Source: an uncultured Leptospiraceae bacterium
Lineage (GTDB): Bacteria > Spirochaetota > UBA4802 > UB4802
Assembly: GCA_964486725.1 (NCBI GenBank)
Contig: CAZAOK010000008.1
Coordinates: 1-62,768, forward strand
DNA: 62,768 nucleotides
Direction: 5' to 3'
This document shows, in pieces, positions 53,245 through 62,768 of the stretch (position 1 is the first letter of the stretch; each line of letters begins with the position of its first letter). Below the pieces are notes generated by a model, which searched no databases, was not told the origin of the DNA, and saw only the letters and a list, made by a program, of their open reading frames with translations. A program made the translations under genes and the position numbers.

Positions 53245-53433
53245 ATGGCAGCAAAACTATTGATAACTCAGAAAAGAAGTTATATTGGATCTAAACCAAA
53301 ACAAAGGGCAACATTACGGGCTCTCGGGCTCCGGAAAATTAACAGCCAGAAGGTTCACGAGAATAATGCTGTTGTACGTGGTATGATCGATGTCGTGAGA
53401 CATATGGTAGAAGTACAAGAAATTAAAGAATAA
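53245..53433 (+). CDS. rpmD: 50S ribosomal protein L30
   Basis: QRATLRALGLRKI, VRGMI. Confidence 0.96.
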   Translation: MAAKLLITQKRSYIGSKPKQRATLRALGLRKINSQKVHENNAVVRGMIDVVRHMVEVQEIKE

Positions 53434-53449
53434 CAGGTGAGTGTTTTTC

Positions 53450-53914
53450 ATGGAAGCTTATACACTGAAAAAACCGGAAAATATAAAACGAAGAAAGAGG
53501 GTGGGCCGGGGACCGGGAAGTGGTCACGGTAAAACATGTTGTCGAGGACAGGATGGACAGGGGAGCAGGTCTGGCTATTCAAGGCGGCCATGGTTCGAAG
53601 GTGGACAAATGCCATTGCAGAGGCGAGTTCCTAAAAGAGGCTTCAACAATCTCTTTAAAAAAGAATACCAGTTAGTAAATATAGAGCAGATTGGAAAGTT
53701 AAAAGAATCAGAAATTGACCCGGCCCTTATGAAAAAAATGGGTATTATAAATGATGCTGATAAAGCAATAAAGATTTTGGCAAATGGTGAGATAAAAGAT
53801 TCAAAGAAAGTTACCGCTGACGCGTTCTCTAAAAGTGCACAGGAAAAGATTACAGCTGCTGGTGGTTCAGTCGAAATACGGGAAAAAATAAAACCTTCAA
53901 AAAAGGATAAATAA
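53450..53914 (+). CDS. rplO: 50S ribosomal protein L15
   Basis: [29 protein letters not shown]. Confidence 0.98.
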   Translation: MEAYTLKKPENIKRRKRVGRGPGSGHGKTCCRGQDGQGSRSGYSRRPWFEGGQMPLQRRVPKRGFNNLFKKEYQLVNIEQIGKLKESEIDPALMKKMGIINDADKAIKILANGEIKDSKKVTADAFSKSAQEKITAAGGSVEIREKIKPSKKDK

Positions 53915-53919
53915 TCCAG

Positions 53920-55263
53920 ATGTCAAACGTTGTGGTTAACATTTTCAAGGTTCCTGAATTAAGGAGACGTATTCTATTTACACTGGCAATACTTGTTATA
54001 TATAGAATAGGTGCCCATATACCCATACCGGGTATAAATGTTGATGCTTTGAAAGCATACTTTGACCAGGCGGCTAAAAGTCAGGGTGGCGGGCTAATGG
54101 ACTTTTTTGACCTGTTTGCCGGTGGTGCGTTAAAAAGGTTTACAATATTTGCTCTTGGTATAATGCCATATATTTCAGCTTCAATTATTATGCAGCTTTT
54201 AACTGTTGTTATACCGGCTATTGAAAGACTTTCAAAAGAAGGACCTGAAGGACAGAAAAAGATCAACCAGTATACAAGGTATGGAACGGTTTTGCTTTGT
54301 GCGGTTCAGTCAATGGGTTTGACTTTCTGGATGAAATCTATGACATCTCCAAAAGGTGCAGTTGTACCGAAGGATGCAGGACTCGAATTCATTATAATCG
54401 CGGTAATTGCTATTACGACTGGAACCATGGTATTGATGTGGCTGGGCGAAATGATCACTGAGCGTGGAATAGGAAACGGGATTTCCCTGCTGATTTTTGC
54501 GGGTATTGTAGTGGGTCTTCCCGGGGCAGCAATAGATACTATTAACAGGATAGTCAGCAGAAGTGATCCTATTATTGGTGTTATGTTGATAGGTATTTTT
54601 ATATTAGTTGTTGCAGCATCCATTATGTTGACACTTGGAACAAGAAAAATCCCAGTTCAATATGGTAAACGAGTTGTAGGAAGAAGAATGGTACAAATGT
54701 CGTCGCAGGCGATTCCGCTGCGTGTAAATGCGGCTGGTGTTATTCCAATAATATTTGCTTCATCGGTTATCCTTTTTCCGGCACAGATAAGCAATATGCT
54801 GGGAGGATCTGAGTATACAATATTTACGAAGATACAATACTGGTTATCACCAGGTCATGCGGCATACATGATCTTATACAGTGCATTGATAGTATTCTTT
54901 TGTTATTTTTATACGGCAATACAATTTAATCCTGTGGACATTTCTGATAATTTGAAAAAGTATGGTGGATTCATTCCAGGAATAAGACCTGGCCAGAATA
55001 CTGCAGAGTATATAACATATATTCTAAACAGGATAACACTTCCAGGATCTATATTTCTTGCACTTATAGCGATTGTCCCGGATTTTATAATCAGGATCTG
55101 GCCTGAAGAAGTTTCACCATCAATGGCATATATGTTTGGCGGAACATCCCTTCTTATTATAGTAGGGGTTGCCCTGGATACCTTAAAACAGATCGAATCG
55201 CAATTGCTTATGCGGCATTATGATGGATTCTTTAAAAAAGGGAGAATGAGAGGTCGTCGATAA
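53920..55263 (+). CDS. secY: Preprotein translocase subunit SecY
   Basis: LGIMPYISASIIMQLL, GIGNGISL, IPGIRPG, GGTSLLI. Confidence 0.99.
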   Translation: MSNVVVNIFKVPELRRRILFTLAILVIYRIGAHIPIPGINVDALKAYFDQAAKSQGGGLMDFFDLFAGGALKRFTIFALGIMPYISASIIMQLLTVVIPAIERLSKEGPEGQKKINQYTRYGTVLLCAVQSMGLTFWMKSMTSPKGAVVPKDAGLEFIIIAVIAITTGTMVLMWLGEMITERGIGNGISLLIFAGIVVGLPGAAIDTINRIVSRSDPIIGVMLIGIFILVVAASIMLTLGTRKIPVQYGKRVVGRRMVQMSSQAIPLRVNAAGVIPIIFASSVILFPAQISNMLGGSEYTIFTKIQYWLSPGHAAYMILYSALIVFFCYFYTAIQFNPVDISDNLKKYGGFIPGIRPGQNTAEYITYILNRITLPGSIFLALIAIVPDFIIRIWPEEVSPSMAYMFGGTSLLIIVGVALDTLKQIESQLLMRHYDGFFKKGRMRGRR

Positions 55264-55315
55264 CCATAGAATGCGCATTGCATAATGGTAGAAGATGTTG
55301 AAGTGAGCAGAGAAT

Positions 55316-56080
55316 TTGGCTATATATATTTATAATCAGGCAGAGTTGAAAGGTATTGAAGCTGCGTGTAAAATTACAGCTAAAGTACTTGATGAAATTG
55401 GAAATAATATATCTGAAGGCATAACGACTTACGAATTGGACAGAATTGCCAGGGATAGAATCGAAAGTGAAAACGGTAAACCGGCGTTTTTAGGTTATCG
55501 GGGGTTTCCTGGAGCAATATGTTCTTCAATAAATGAAATTGTGGTACATGGGATCCCTGATAAAAATGTTACCCTGAAAAAAGGTGATATAATTGGTGTT
55601 GATACAGGTGTCTTGTACAATGGTTTTTATGGTGATTCTGCAAGAACTTTCAAAGTTGGAAAAGTTGACGAAGAAGTACAACATTTGCTTGATGTAACAT
55701 CAGGGTCATTGTACCATGCAATTGATCATTGTATTATAGGAAACAGGATATCTGATATATCCAATGCGGTGCAGGTTTACGTGGAGAAGCATGGTTTTTC
55801 ACCGGTAAGGGAGTTTGTAGGTCATGGAATAGGAAGAAACCTGCATGAAGAACCATCAATACCGAACTATGGCAAGCCTGGAAAAGGGCCAAGAATTAAG
55901 AATGGCATGGTTTTCGCTATTGAACCTATGATTAATATGGGAACATACAAGGTAGAAGTATTGGATGATGGATGGACAGCCGTAACAAAGGATCGCAGGC
56001 TTTCTGCACATTTCGAACATAGTATTGCAATAATTGATGGAAAGGCGAGAATTTTAACAAAGGGAAAAAATTTTAGTTGA
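55316..56080 (+). CDS. map: Type I methionine aminopeptidase
   Basis: [34 protein letters not shown]; TTG start. Confidence 0.97.
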   Translation: MAIYIYNQAELKGIEAACKITAKVLDEIGNNISEGITTYELDRIARDRIESENGKPAFLGYRGFPGAICSSINEIVVHGIPDKNVTLKKGDIIGVDTGVLYNGFYGDSARTFKVGKVDEEVQHLLDVTSGSLYHAIDHCIIGNRISDISNAVQVYVEKHGFSPVREFVGHGIGRNLHEEPSIPNYGKPGKGPRIKNGMVFAIEPMINMGTYKVEVLDDGWTAVTKDRRLSAHFEHSIAIIDGKARILTKGKNFS

Positions 56081-56096
56081 AATTAAGAGTGTATAT

Positions 56097-56315
56097 ATGG
56101 CAAAAGAAGAACCCATTGAAGTCGAAGGCGAAGTAGTTGAATCGTTACCAAACGCGATGTTCAGGGTAAAACTTGAAAATGAACACGTTGTCCTTGCTCA
56201 TATTTCCGGTAAAATGAGAATGCATTATATTAGAATATTACCCGGCGACAAGGTGACGGTTGAACTATCTCCTTATGATCTTTCGAGGGGAAGAATAGTA
56301 TACAGGACAAAATAG
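56097..56315 (+). CDS. infA: Translation initiation factor IF-1
   Basis: [23 protein letters not shown]. Confidence 0.99.
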   Translation: MAKEEPIEVEGEVVESLPNAMFRVKLENEHVVLAHISGKMRMHYIRILPGDKVTVELSPYDLSRGRIVYRTK

Positions 56316-56364
56316 TAATTGATAAATTATCGTGTGTCTTTTTCTACAGTAAGGGGTGTTATAA

Positions 56365-56496
56365 ATGAAAGTAAGAGTATCTGTTAAAAAAATATGCAGT
56401 GATTGCAAGGTCATCAAAAGACATGGCGTAGTTAGGGTAATTTGTAAAAACCCTCGTCATAAGCAAAGACAAAAACGCCGAACTGCAAAAGCGTAG
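56365..56496 (+). CDS. rpmJ: 50S ribosomal protein L36 (absent from the ORF track)
   Basis: [43 protein letters not shown]. Confidence 0.96.
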   Translation: MKVRVSVKKICSDCKVIKRHGVVRVICKNPRHKQRQKRRTAKA

Positions 56497-56525
56497 TAAT
56501 TATAAATCAGTTAAAGAGGAACTAT

Positions 56526-56900
56526 ATGGCAAGGATATCAGGTGTTGACATTCCAAATAATAAAAGAGTAGAGATTGGACTAACTTATATTTATGGTATA
56601 GGACATTCATCTTCTTTAAAAATCTTAGAAGAAGCAAATATTAATACAGATACCCGGGTTAAGGATTTAACTGATGAGGAAATTAATGAGCTTCGAAAAG
56701 TCATTGAACGTAGTTACAAGGTCGAAGGTGATCTACGTACACAACTGGCTATGGATATAAAACGGTTAATGGATATTGGCTGCTACAGGGGTATTCGTCA
56801 TAGGCGTGGGCTACCAGTTAGAGGACAAAATACCAAAAATAACGCCCGTACAAGAAAGGGCAATAGACGAATAGCCGTTGGTGGTAAAAAGAAGAAATAA
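56526..56900 (+). CDS. rpsM: 30S ribosomal protein S13
   Basis: [25 protein letters not shown]. Confidence 0.99.
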   Translation: MARISGVDIPNNKRVEIGLTYIYGIGHSSSLKILEEANINTDTRVKDLTDEEINELRKVIERSYKVEGDLRTQLAMDIKRLMDIGCYRGIRHRRGLPVRGQNTKNNARTRKGNRRIAVGGKKKK

Positions 56901-56916
56901 TTAAAGAGGTATCGAA

Positions 56917-57303
56917 GTGAAGCAACGAAAAACCCGAAAAAAAGAAAAAAAGAATATTCCAGTAGGGAAGGCGTTCATACAGGCTACATATAACAATACC
57001 ATAATTACCCTCACAGATATGCAGGGTGATGTGATATCATGGGCATCCGCAGGTGGAGAAGGATTCAGGGGTTCAAGAAAATCTACTCCATTTGCAGCTC
57101 AGATGGCCGCCAAGGTAGCCGCCCAAAAGGCTATTGATGGGGCAAACTTAAAATCAGTTGAAGTTATGGTGAAAGGCCCCGGAATTGGCCGCGAAGCTGC
57201 GATAAGGTCCCTGGCACAAACAGGCTTGAGTGTTACGAAAATAAAAGACGTAACCCCAATTCCTCATAATGGATGCCGACCAAGAAAGCGAAGAAGAGTT
57301 TAA
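56917..57303 (+). CDS. rpsK: 30S ribosomal protein S11
   Basis: [21 protein letters not shown]. Confidence 0.99.
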   Translation: MKQRKTRKKEKKNIPVGKAFIQATYNNTIITLTDMQGDVISWASAGGEGFRGSRKSTPFAAQMAAKVAAQKAIDGANLKSVEVMVKGPGIGREAAIRSLAQTGLSVTKIKDVTPIPHNGCRPRKRRRV

Positions 57304-57321
57304 GGAACGAGGTACGTACTT

Positions 57322-57951
57322 ATGGCAAAATATACCGGCCCATCATGCAAATTGTGTAGAAGAGAAGGTATGCCCTTAATGTTAAAGGGTAGAAGATGTT
57401 TGACGGAAAAATGTGCTGTAAAGAGGAAAAAATTTCCCCCTGGACCGCCAAGAAAAAGAAGATCTAAATTATCTGATTATGGTATTCAGTTGCGTGAAAA
57501 GCAGAAGATAAAACGAAGCTACATGCTGCTTGAAAAACAGTTTAAGAGCATTTTCGTTGAAGCTTCAATGATGAAAGGCGTTACCGGTGATAATATGCTG
57601 TCATTATTGGAAAGAAGACTTGATAATGTGCTTTATCGCATGGGGTTTGCATCATCAAGGGTTCAGGCTCGGCAATTTATACAGCACAGACATGTAACTG
57701 TGAATAATCAAATTGTAGATATACCATCATTTCGTGTAAAGGAAAATTTCGAAGTGAAGATACGGGATGATTTTAAAGAAAATACCATGCTTGAAGATGC
57801 AATAAAACTTTCCAAGGCTGTGAGTTCTGTTCCCGAATGGGTTGAAGTTGACTACGATGGCAGAACTGGTAAAATTGTAAGGCTACCAGCACGACAGGAT
57901 GTCCAGGCTGCGTTCAATGAGCAGCTTGTAGTCGAGCTATACTCCAAGTAA
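57322..57951 (+). CDS. rpsD: 30S ribosomal protein S4
   Basis: CKLCRREG, QLREKQK, LERRLDNV, VVELYSK. Confidence 0.99.
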   Translation: MAKYTGPSCKLCRREGMPLMLKGRRCLTEKCAVKRKKFPPGPPRKRRSKLSDYGIQLREKQKIKRSYMLLEKQFKSIFVEASMMKGVTGDNMLSLLERRLDNVLYRMGFASSRVQARQFIQHRHVTVNNQIVDIPSFRVKENFEVKIRDDFKENTMLEDAIKLSKAVSSVPEWVEVDYDGRTGKIVRLPARQDVQAAFNEQLVVELYSK

Positions 57952-58012
57952 TAAGAGCCCGAGTAAGATAATAATTATTAGAAGTGCATGTGTATAACAA
58001 ACGGAGGTACTG

Positions 58013-58978
58013 ATGTCGCCCAAAAACCTACTGAAAGGTTTTCGAAGACCCACAAAAATTCTATTTGAACATGACGAGCTCCAGGATAATTACGGGCGTT
58101 TTATTGCGGAACCCTTTGAAAAGGGGTACGGACTCACTATTGGAAATTCATTACGAAGAGTACTGCTTTCATCTATAGAAGGATCTGCAATAACTGCGAT
58201 TAAGATTGAAGATGTTCCACATGAATTTGCTACAATTGAGGGTGTAGTCGAAGACGTCGCGAGAATTATATTGAACTTAAAAAAACTCAGGTTCAAATAT
58301 GATAGTGAAATACCAAAGGTAATTCATGTTGTTAAAGAAGATGAAGGTATGTTGACAGGGGATGATTTCAATATTGATTCAGATATTGAAGTCATGAATC
58401 CGGATATGCCAATTGCTACCCTTTCGGGTAACGGCAAAATAGATATGGAAGTGCAGATAGAAAGAGGCCGTGGATATGTTCCTGCAGAGTTGAACAAATC
58501 CAGTGCTGAATCTATTGGTGTTATTCCCATTGATGCAATATTTACACCTGTTAGGAAGGTAAATGTCAAGGTAGAAGATACGCGGGTAGGACAGCGTACA
58601 GACTATGATAAACTGATAATCGAGATATGGACCGATGGATCTATAAAGCCGGATGACGCACTTGCTCATGCAGCTAAGATCATAAAGGATCATATGACAA
58701 TATTCATCAATTTCGAAGAAGAGATTGAAGAAGAAACTGAAGTTGTTGATGAGAATCTTGAAAAGATCAAAATGACATTGTCAAAATCAATTGATGATCT
58801 GGAACTCTCAGTACGGGCATATAATACTTTAAAGAGCCTGGAATTGAATACACTTGAAGACGTTGTTCATAAAACAGAGGATGAACTGAGAAAGTCAAAA
58901 CACTTCAGCGAGCAGATTTTTTCTGAAATTAAGAAAAAGCTTGAAGAAAATCATCTAAGCTTGGGATTAAAGGACTGA
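58013..58978 (+). CDS. rpoA: DNA-directed RNA polymerase subunit alpha
   Basis: EPFEKGYGLTIGNSLRRVLLSS, GRGYV, DLELSVR. Confidence 0.99.
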   Translation: MSPKNLLKGFRRPTKILFEHDELQDNYGRFIAEPFEKGYGLTIGNSLRRVLLSSIEGSAITAIKIEDVPHEFATIEGVVEDVARIILNLKKLRFKYDSEIPKVIHVVKEDEGMLTGDDFNIDSDIEVMNPDMPIATLSGNGKIDMEVQIERGRGYVPAELNKSSAESIGVIPIDAIFTPVRKVNVKVEDTRVGQRTDYDKLIIEIWTDGSIKPDDALAHAAKIIKDHMTIFINFEEEIEEETEVVDENLEKIKMTLSKSIDDLELSVRAYNTLKSLELNTLEDVVHKTEDELRKSKHFSEQIFSEIKKKLEENHLSLGLKD

Positions 58979-58994
58979 GAAGAGGTAACAGGTA

Positions 58995-59462
58995 ATGAGA
59001 CATCGAAATAGTGTTAGACAGCTTGGGAGAACTCATTCTCACAGAAAAGCAATGATGGCGAATATACTGACATCATTGTTTGAGCATGAACGGGTTATTA
59101 CAACACGACAAAAAGGCAAAGAGCTGAAAAAGGTTTCCGACAGGCTTATCACAAGGGCGAAAATGAATCTTGAAAAGCCTGAGGATGGTGATAAACAGCT
59201 TCATAATAAGCGTATCGCGATGAAGATGATAAAAAATAGAAATATTATCAAAAAGCTTTTTGAAGATATCGCACCCAGGTTTGCAGAAAGAAATGGCGGT
59301 TATACCCGAATGTATTTACTTGGAAGAAGGAATGGTGACGCGGCTGAAATGGCAATGGTGGAGCTTGTTGAAGGGCCCATTAAAACAAAAAAAGCTGAAG
59401 TTAAGGAAGAAGATTCCTCCAGGGATAAAAAGAAAAAGAAGACTAAGAAAAAAGATAGTTGA
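58995..59462 (+). CDS. rplQ: 50S ribosomal protein L17
   Basis: MRHR...LGR..SHRKA, RNGGYTR, GDAAEMA. Confidence 0.98.
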   Translation: MRHRNSVRQLGRTHSHRKAMMANILTSLFEHERVITTRQKGKELKKVSDRLITRAKMNLEKPEDGDKQLHNKRIAMKMIKNRNIIKKLFEDIAPRFAERNGGYTRMYLLGRRNGDAAEMAMVELVEGPIKTKKAEVKEEDSSRDKKKKKTKKKDS

Positions 59463-59483
59463 TAAAACTATTTTTTTCGATGA

Positions 59484-59525
59484 CAACAAAAAAAGGATGG
59501 CAATAGAGCCATCCTTTTTTTGTTG
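59484..59525. terminator. Bidirectional terminator after rplQ
   Basis: caacaaaaaaaggatggc-aataga-gccatccttttttttgttg. Confidence 0.85.
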
Positions 59526-59551
59526 GTTAGGGGTATTACAATTTATAAAAA

Positions 59552-60409
59552 TTATTCCTGTCTTTTTTGTAATCTAGATTTTTCGATTGAGTGAATAAGA
59601 CTCATATTATCATTCGCATCTACCTTGTATTCTTCTGGTATACGGTCATCAAAGATAGGTTCTAACGTGTTTCCTTTTATTCCATATTTTTTCTGTATGG
59701 CTACAATTTCATGAGCTTTCAATATTTTATGTATCTCAATACCGTACTGTTTAGCCTGCCTGCAATTTTCAATAATGTCAATATAACGATTGATGAGAAG
59801 TTCAAGATGTCTGTGTGTCCTGTCTTCTTTGTTTTTAAGGTAGTTCAAGTCATCGTTTTCGTAGATGTTTCTTGCATCCTGTAATCTCTTGTATCCGTTT
59901 TTAAGGTAACTTTCAATTTTGCTTCTGTCGTGAAAAAAATGGTAGTTCTCTTCTTTGTATGCTTTAACATCTTCAAGTGGATTGAAAGGTTTGTAAAAAT
60001 ATTTTGCCAGTCCACTACCCTTGCTGTATCCTATCAAAATATCAAAAGATTCTTTTGATGTGGAGTCTAAAATATTTTTCGTGCGATTCATGTAATCCTG
60101 TGAAAAGTTATCAATCATATTAAGTAGTTCAGTTTTAACCTTGAAAAATTTTTGATGTGATGAGGTGAAGTTATGTGCGTAATATTCTTCAGATGCATTT
60201 TGAAACAATGCTTTTATTTCATCGTATTTTTTCTTTTGCTCATCGGTTGCAAAATTTTCTATTATAATACGCATGGTTCTAAGCTTATCAAGTGTGAACC
60301 TGTAATCGTTTCTTGATTTCATTGATGGTGAAAGTGCCGAACTGTTACTGTATAATCCAATACACATTATCAACGAAATTATTATATATGTTATGCTTTT
60401 ATGCGGCAT
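59552..60409 (-). CDS. Secreted alpha-helical hypothetical protein
   Basis: SD gagg before ATG 60409, signal peptide ending SSA, helical body. Confidence 0.75.
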   Translation of the reverse strand: MPHKSITYIIISLIMCIGLYSNSSALSPSMKSRNDYRFTLDKLRTMRIIIENFATDEQKKKYDEIKALFQNASEEYYAHNFTSSHQKFFKVKTELLNMIDNFSQDYMNRTKNILDSTSKESFDILIGYSKGSGLAKYFYKPFNPLEDVKAYKEENYHFFHDRSKIESYLKNGYKRLQDARNIYENDDLNYLKNKEDRTHRHLELLINRYIDIIENCRQAKQYGIEIHKILKAHEIVAIQKKYGIKGNTLEPIFDDRIPEEYKVDANDNMSLIHSIEKSRLQKRQE

Positions 60410-60555
60410 TATTTTACCTCTATACACTTTTTTATGTATATCGACACATTTAAAATATGTCTTTATGTGAAAATATCAATTGATTTTTATAAAATTGTAT
60501 TATTGACTATGATAAAACAATGTATTGAATTAAAAATTTTATTTTTAGTGTAATG

Positions 60556-60682
60556 GTGACTATTCAGCAATGACTAAAATATTGATCATTTACTTCATAA
60601 TGAAAAGGAATTTGAGCATTTCCCCCGTCGAAGGCGGGGAGAAATGCAGGATTATTATTCAGCATGACAGCTGAGTAATTAC
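60556..60682. mobile_element. MITE copy 2 (127 bp) with 8-bp TSD gt(g/a)taatg
   Basis: Ends gtgactattcagc / gctgagtaattac. Flanks gtgtaatg (60548-55) and gtataatg (60683-90). Homologous to 9956-10107. Confidence 0.88.
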
Positions 60683-60809
60683 GTATAATGTATATCTGAC
60701 TACTCTGCAATAATATATAATGAAATGAAAAGGTAATTGCGAAATATTCATAGTATAGATAGTGTTGTTTTTGACGTGTGAAACTTGATGGGGAGAAATA
60801 TCACCAGGT

Positions 60810-61709
60810 ATGGAACAAAAAAATGCAAGACGTGTTTCTTTCAGACAGAAGAACCCTACTAAATGCCCGGTTTGTTCAAATGAATTCTATCGTGAGGAAA
60901 TGTTAACCGGCGGAGGCAGACTAATAGCCGGAAAAATTACTGATGAACTGCGAAGATTGTATGAGAAAAATGAAAAATGGGGTACCATATATCCCCAGGC
61001 ATATGTAGTTACCGTGTGCCCACGATGCCTGTATTCAGCATACCCCAAAGATTTCGATTCATTGACGCAGGAAGAAATTCAAAAAATGCAGCAAACAACA
61101 AATGCGCGAAAGTCGTCTGTCCAGAAATTTTTTGGTAATTTAAGCTTCGAAGATGACAGAAACCTTGAACTTGGTGCCGCGTCATATATGCTGGCGGTTG
61201 ATTGTTACTCTTTCAGGAACAAGAATGTAGCACCCACATTTAAAAAAGCTGTATCCTCAATCAGGGCTGCCTGGTTATTTGATGATCTTTCAAAAAAGTA
61301 CCCTGAAAGACCATATAAAAAAATATCAGATTTCTTTTATAGAAAGGCATATGGTTTTTACTTCACCTCTGTGGAACTGGTGCAAAGTGGGGATGAACCA
61401 TTTGAAGCAGCAGGTCATCTTGGACCGGATACCGATAAGAACTGGGGTTACGAAGGCCTGCTGTACATGTGCGCAATACTAACTATGAAGGTTGGCGCCA
61501 GGGAAAAGGATATCAACAAAAGGATTGAGAATTTTGAAAAAACTAAAAGATATCTAAGCAGGTTGTTTGGCATTGGCAAGGCATCCAAGTCGAAACCAGG
61601 CGCGTTGATAGATATGACACGTGATTTATATAATAAAATGAATGAAATGCTGGATGAATGGGAACAGGAACAGGAACAAACGAAAGAAACCAGGGAAAAC
61701 GACGAATAG
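60810..61709 (+). CDS. DUF2225-family protein (two CxxC Zn motifs + helical repeats)
   Basis: CPVC...GGGRLIAG...VCPRCLYSA...IRAAW. Confidence 0.8.
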   Translation: MEQKNARRVSFRQKNPTKCPVCSNEFYREEMLTGGGRLIAGKITDELRRLYEKNEKWGTIYPQAYVVTVCPRCLYSAYPKDFDSLTQEEIQKMQQTTNARKSSVQKFFGNLSFEDDRNLELGAASYMLAVDCYSFRNKNVAPTFKKAVSSIRAAWLFDDLSKKYPERPYKKISDFFYRKAYGFYFTSVELVQSGDEPFEAAGHLGPDTDKNWGYEGLLYMCAILTMKVGAREKDINKRIENFEKTKRYLSRLFGIGKASKSKPGALIDMTRDLYNKMNEMLDEWEQEQEQTKETRENDE

Positions 61710-62473
61710 CAATTATAGTTCAGTATGACGGCCAGGGATTTAACGGGTTTCAGATTCAGAACTCAGGAAGGACTGTTCAGGGAGAACTGGAAAAAGCTTT
61801 ACAAATTCTTCTGCGGGAGGATATCAGGATAACCGCTTCAGGGCGCACTGATACAGGTGTACACGCCCTTGGACAGGTGGCACATTTTGATACTTCTTCA
61901 ACAGTAAGCCTGAAGCGCCTTTTGATCGGCATGAATGGAATTCTTGGTAAAGACGTCGCATTAAAGAATGCGTATTATGTAGATAATGATTTTCACGCGA
62001 GATTCAGTGCTGTTTCACGCGAATACATATACCTGATACATAATCATCAGCAGAGAAGCCCCTTTATGATGTACAGGGCAATGTGGATACGTGATCAGTT
62101 GGATGTTGATTACCTCAACCGTGTTGCTTCTTACCTTGTTGGTGAACATGATTTCGCATCTTTCTGTAAAGCTCAGTCACAGAATGGTTCAACTACGCGG
62201 TTTATCGAAAAAGCCGAATTTACCGCGAGTGATTCACTTGTGGTCTTTACTATCAGGGGAAACGCTTTTTTGCATAATATGATTAGAATAATTATTGGAA
62301 CACTTGTTGAGATGAATGTGAAAATGCAGCCCGAAGAAAATATTAAAACTATATTAGCACAAAAAAACCGTAAACATGGTGGAATAACAGCTCCACCGTA
62401 TGGCCTTTACCTTAATAGTATTATTTACACACCAGGTCTTGACGAGATGAATATAGAGTTAGAAAAATATTAA
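61658..62473 (+). CDS. truA: tRNA pseudouridine(38-40) synthase
   Basis: YDG..F.GFQ.Q, SGRTDTGVHALGQV, FHARFSA, FLHNMIR, TAPPYGLYL. Confidence 0.97.
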   Translation: MGTGTGTNERNQGKRRIAIIVQYDGQGFNGFQIQNSGRTVQGELEKALQILLREDIRITASGRTDTGVHALGQVAHFDTSSTVSLKRLLIGMNGILGKDVALKNAYYVDNDFHARFSAVSREYIYLIHNHQQRSPFMMYRAMWIRDQLDVDYLNRVASYLVGEHDFASFCKAQSQNGSTTRFIEKAEFTASDSLVVFTIRGNAFLHNMIRIIIGTLVEMNVKMQPEENIKTILAQKNRKHGGITAPPYGLYLNSIIYTPGLDEMNIELEKY

Positions 62474-62637
62474 TCCAACTATTTTTTGTTTCGTAACAAA
62501 AAAACATACAGGGAACCATATACTATTGTTGACATCATGAATACCTTCACATGCGCTGGTGATATATAATTAATTATTGACATAACTTTGCACAGTTTTG
62601 ATAGTACCATGACTGAATAGGGGAAATTATAATTGTA

Positions 62638-62768
62638 ATGATGAAATACTGTAGATTCGTAATCATAGTGACACTTGTAGTGTGTACGGCCTCACCTCTC
62701 CTGGCGCGAAGAAAATCCCAGGATTTTTTTCTTAAACCACAGGCGGGTGTATGGTTTGGTCCAATAAC
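62638..62768 (+). CDS. N-terminus of a secreted/outer-membrane protein (runs off the window end)
   Basis: MMKYCRFVIIVTLVVCTASPLLARRKSQDFFLKPQAGVWFGPI..., a signal peptide with the frame open to the end. Confidence 0.55.
   Translation, partial: MMKYCRFVIIVTLVVCTASPLLARRKSQDFFLKPQAGVWFGPI

Overview
Bacterial chromosomal window, most likely from a spirochaete related to the Leptospirae. This is an inference from an insertion in L14, a divergent RpoA C-terminal domain, a recycling-type EF-G in the str operon, a membrane-anchored AraC regulator and a DUF2225-truA pair. About half (28.4-59.5 kb) is the housekeeping super-cluster: tRNA-Thr, rpmG-secE-nusG-rplKAJL-rpoBC, then the str, S10, spc and alpha operons. 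The left 3.6 kb is a GC-rich SOS/mutagenesis cassette (SRAP, umuD, umuC). An AT-rich toxin-antitoxin module has been inserted into it between two 37-bp copies of the SRAP 3' end that differ only at synonymous sites. The 3.6-28 kb region holds mixed metabolic and regulatory genes: acyl-CoA ligase and AraC, a truncated adenylate cyclase, GDPD, an amidohydrolase + cNMP-TPR + Crp operon, tRNA-Arg-prfA-prmC, nth, rdgB, HK-RR-glgC, queD, a DegT-like protein lacking the catalytic lysine, and rlpA. Two copies of a 127-152 bp MITE with terminal inverted repeats, 8-bp target duplications and a covarying internal hairpin lie 50 kb apart. I found no CRISPR array, rRNA, integrase or transposase. The best candidates for undescribed biology are the SRAP-targeted TA cassette, the MITE family, and the deaminase/cNMP-sensor operon. 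All remain hypotheses until tested by database searches.
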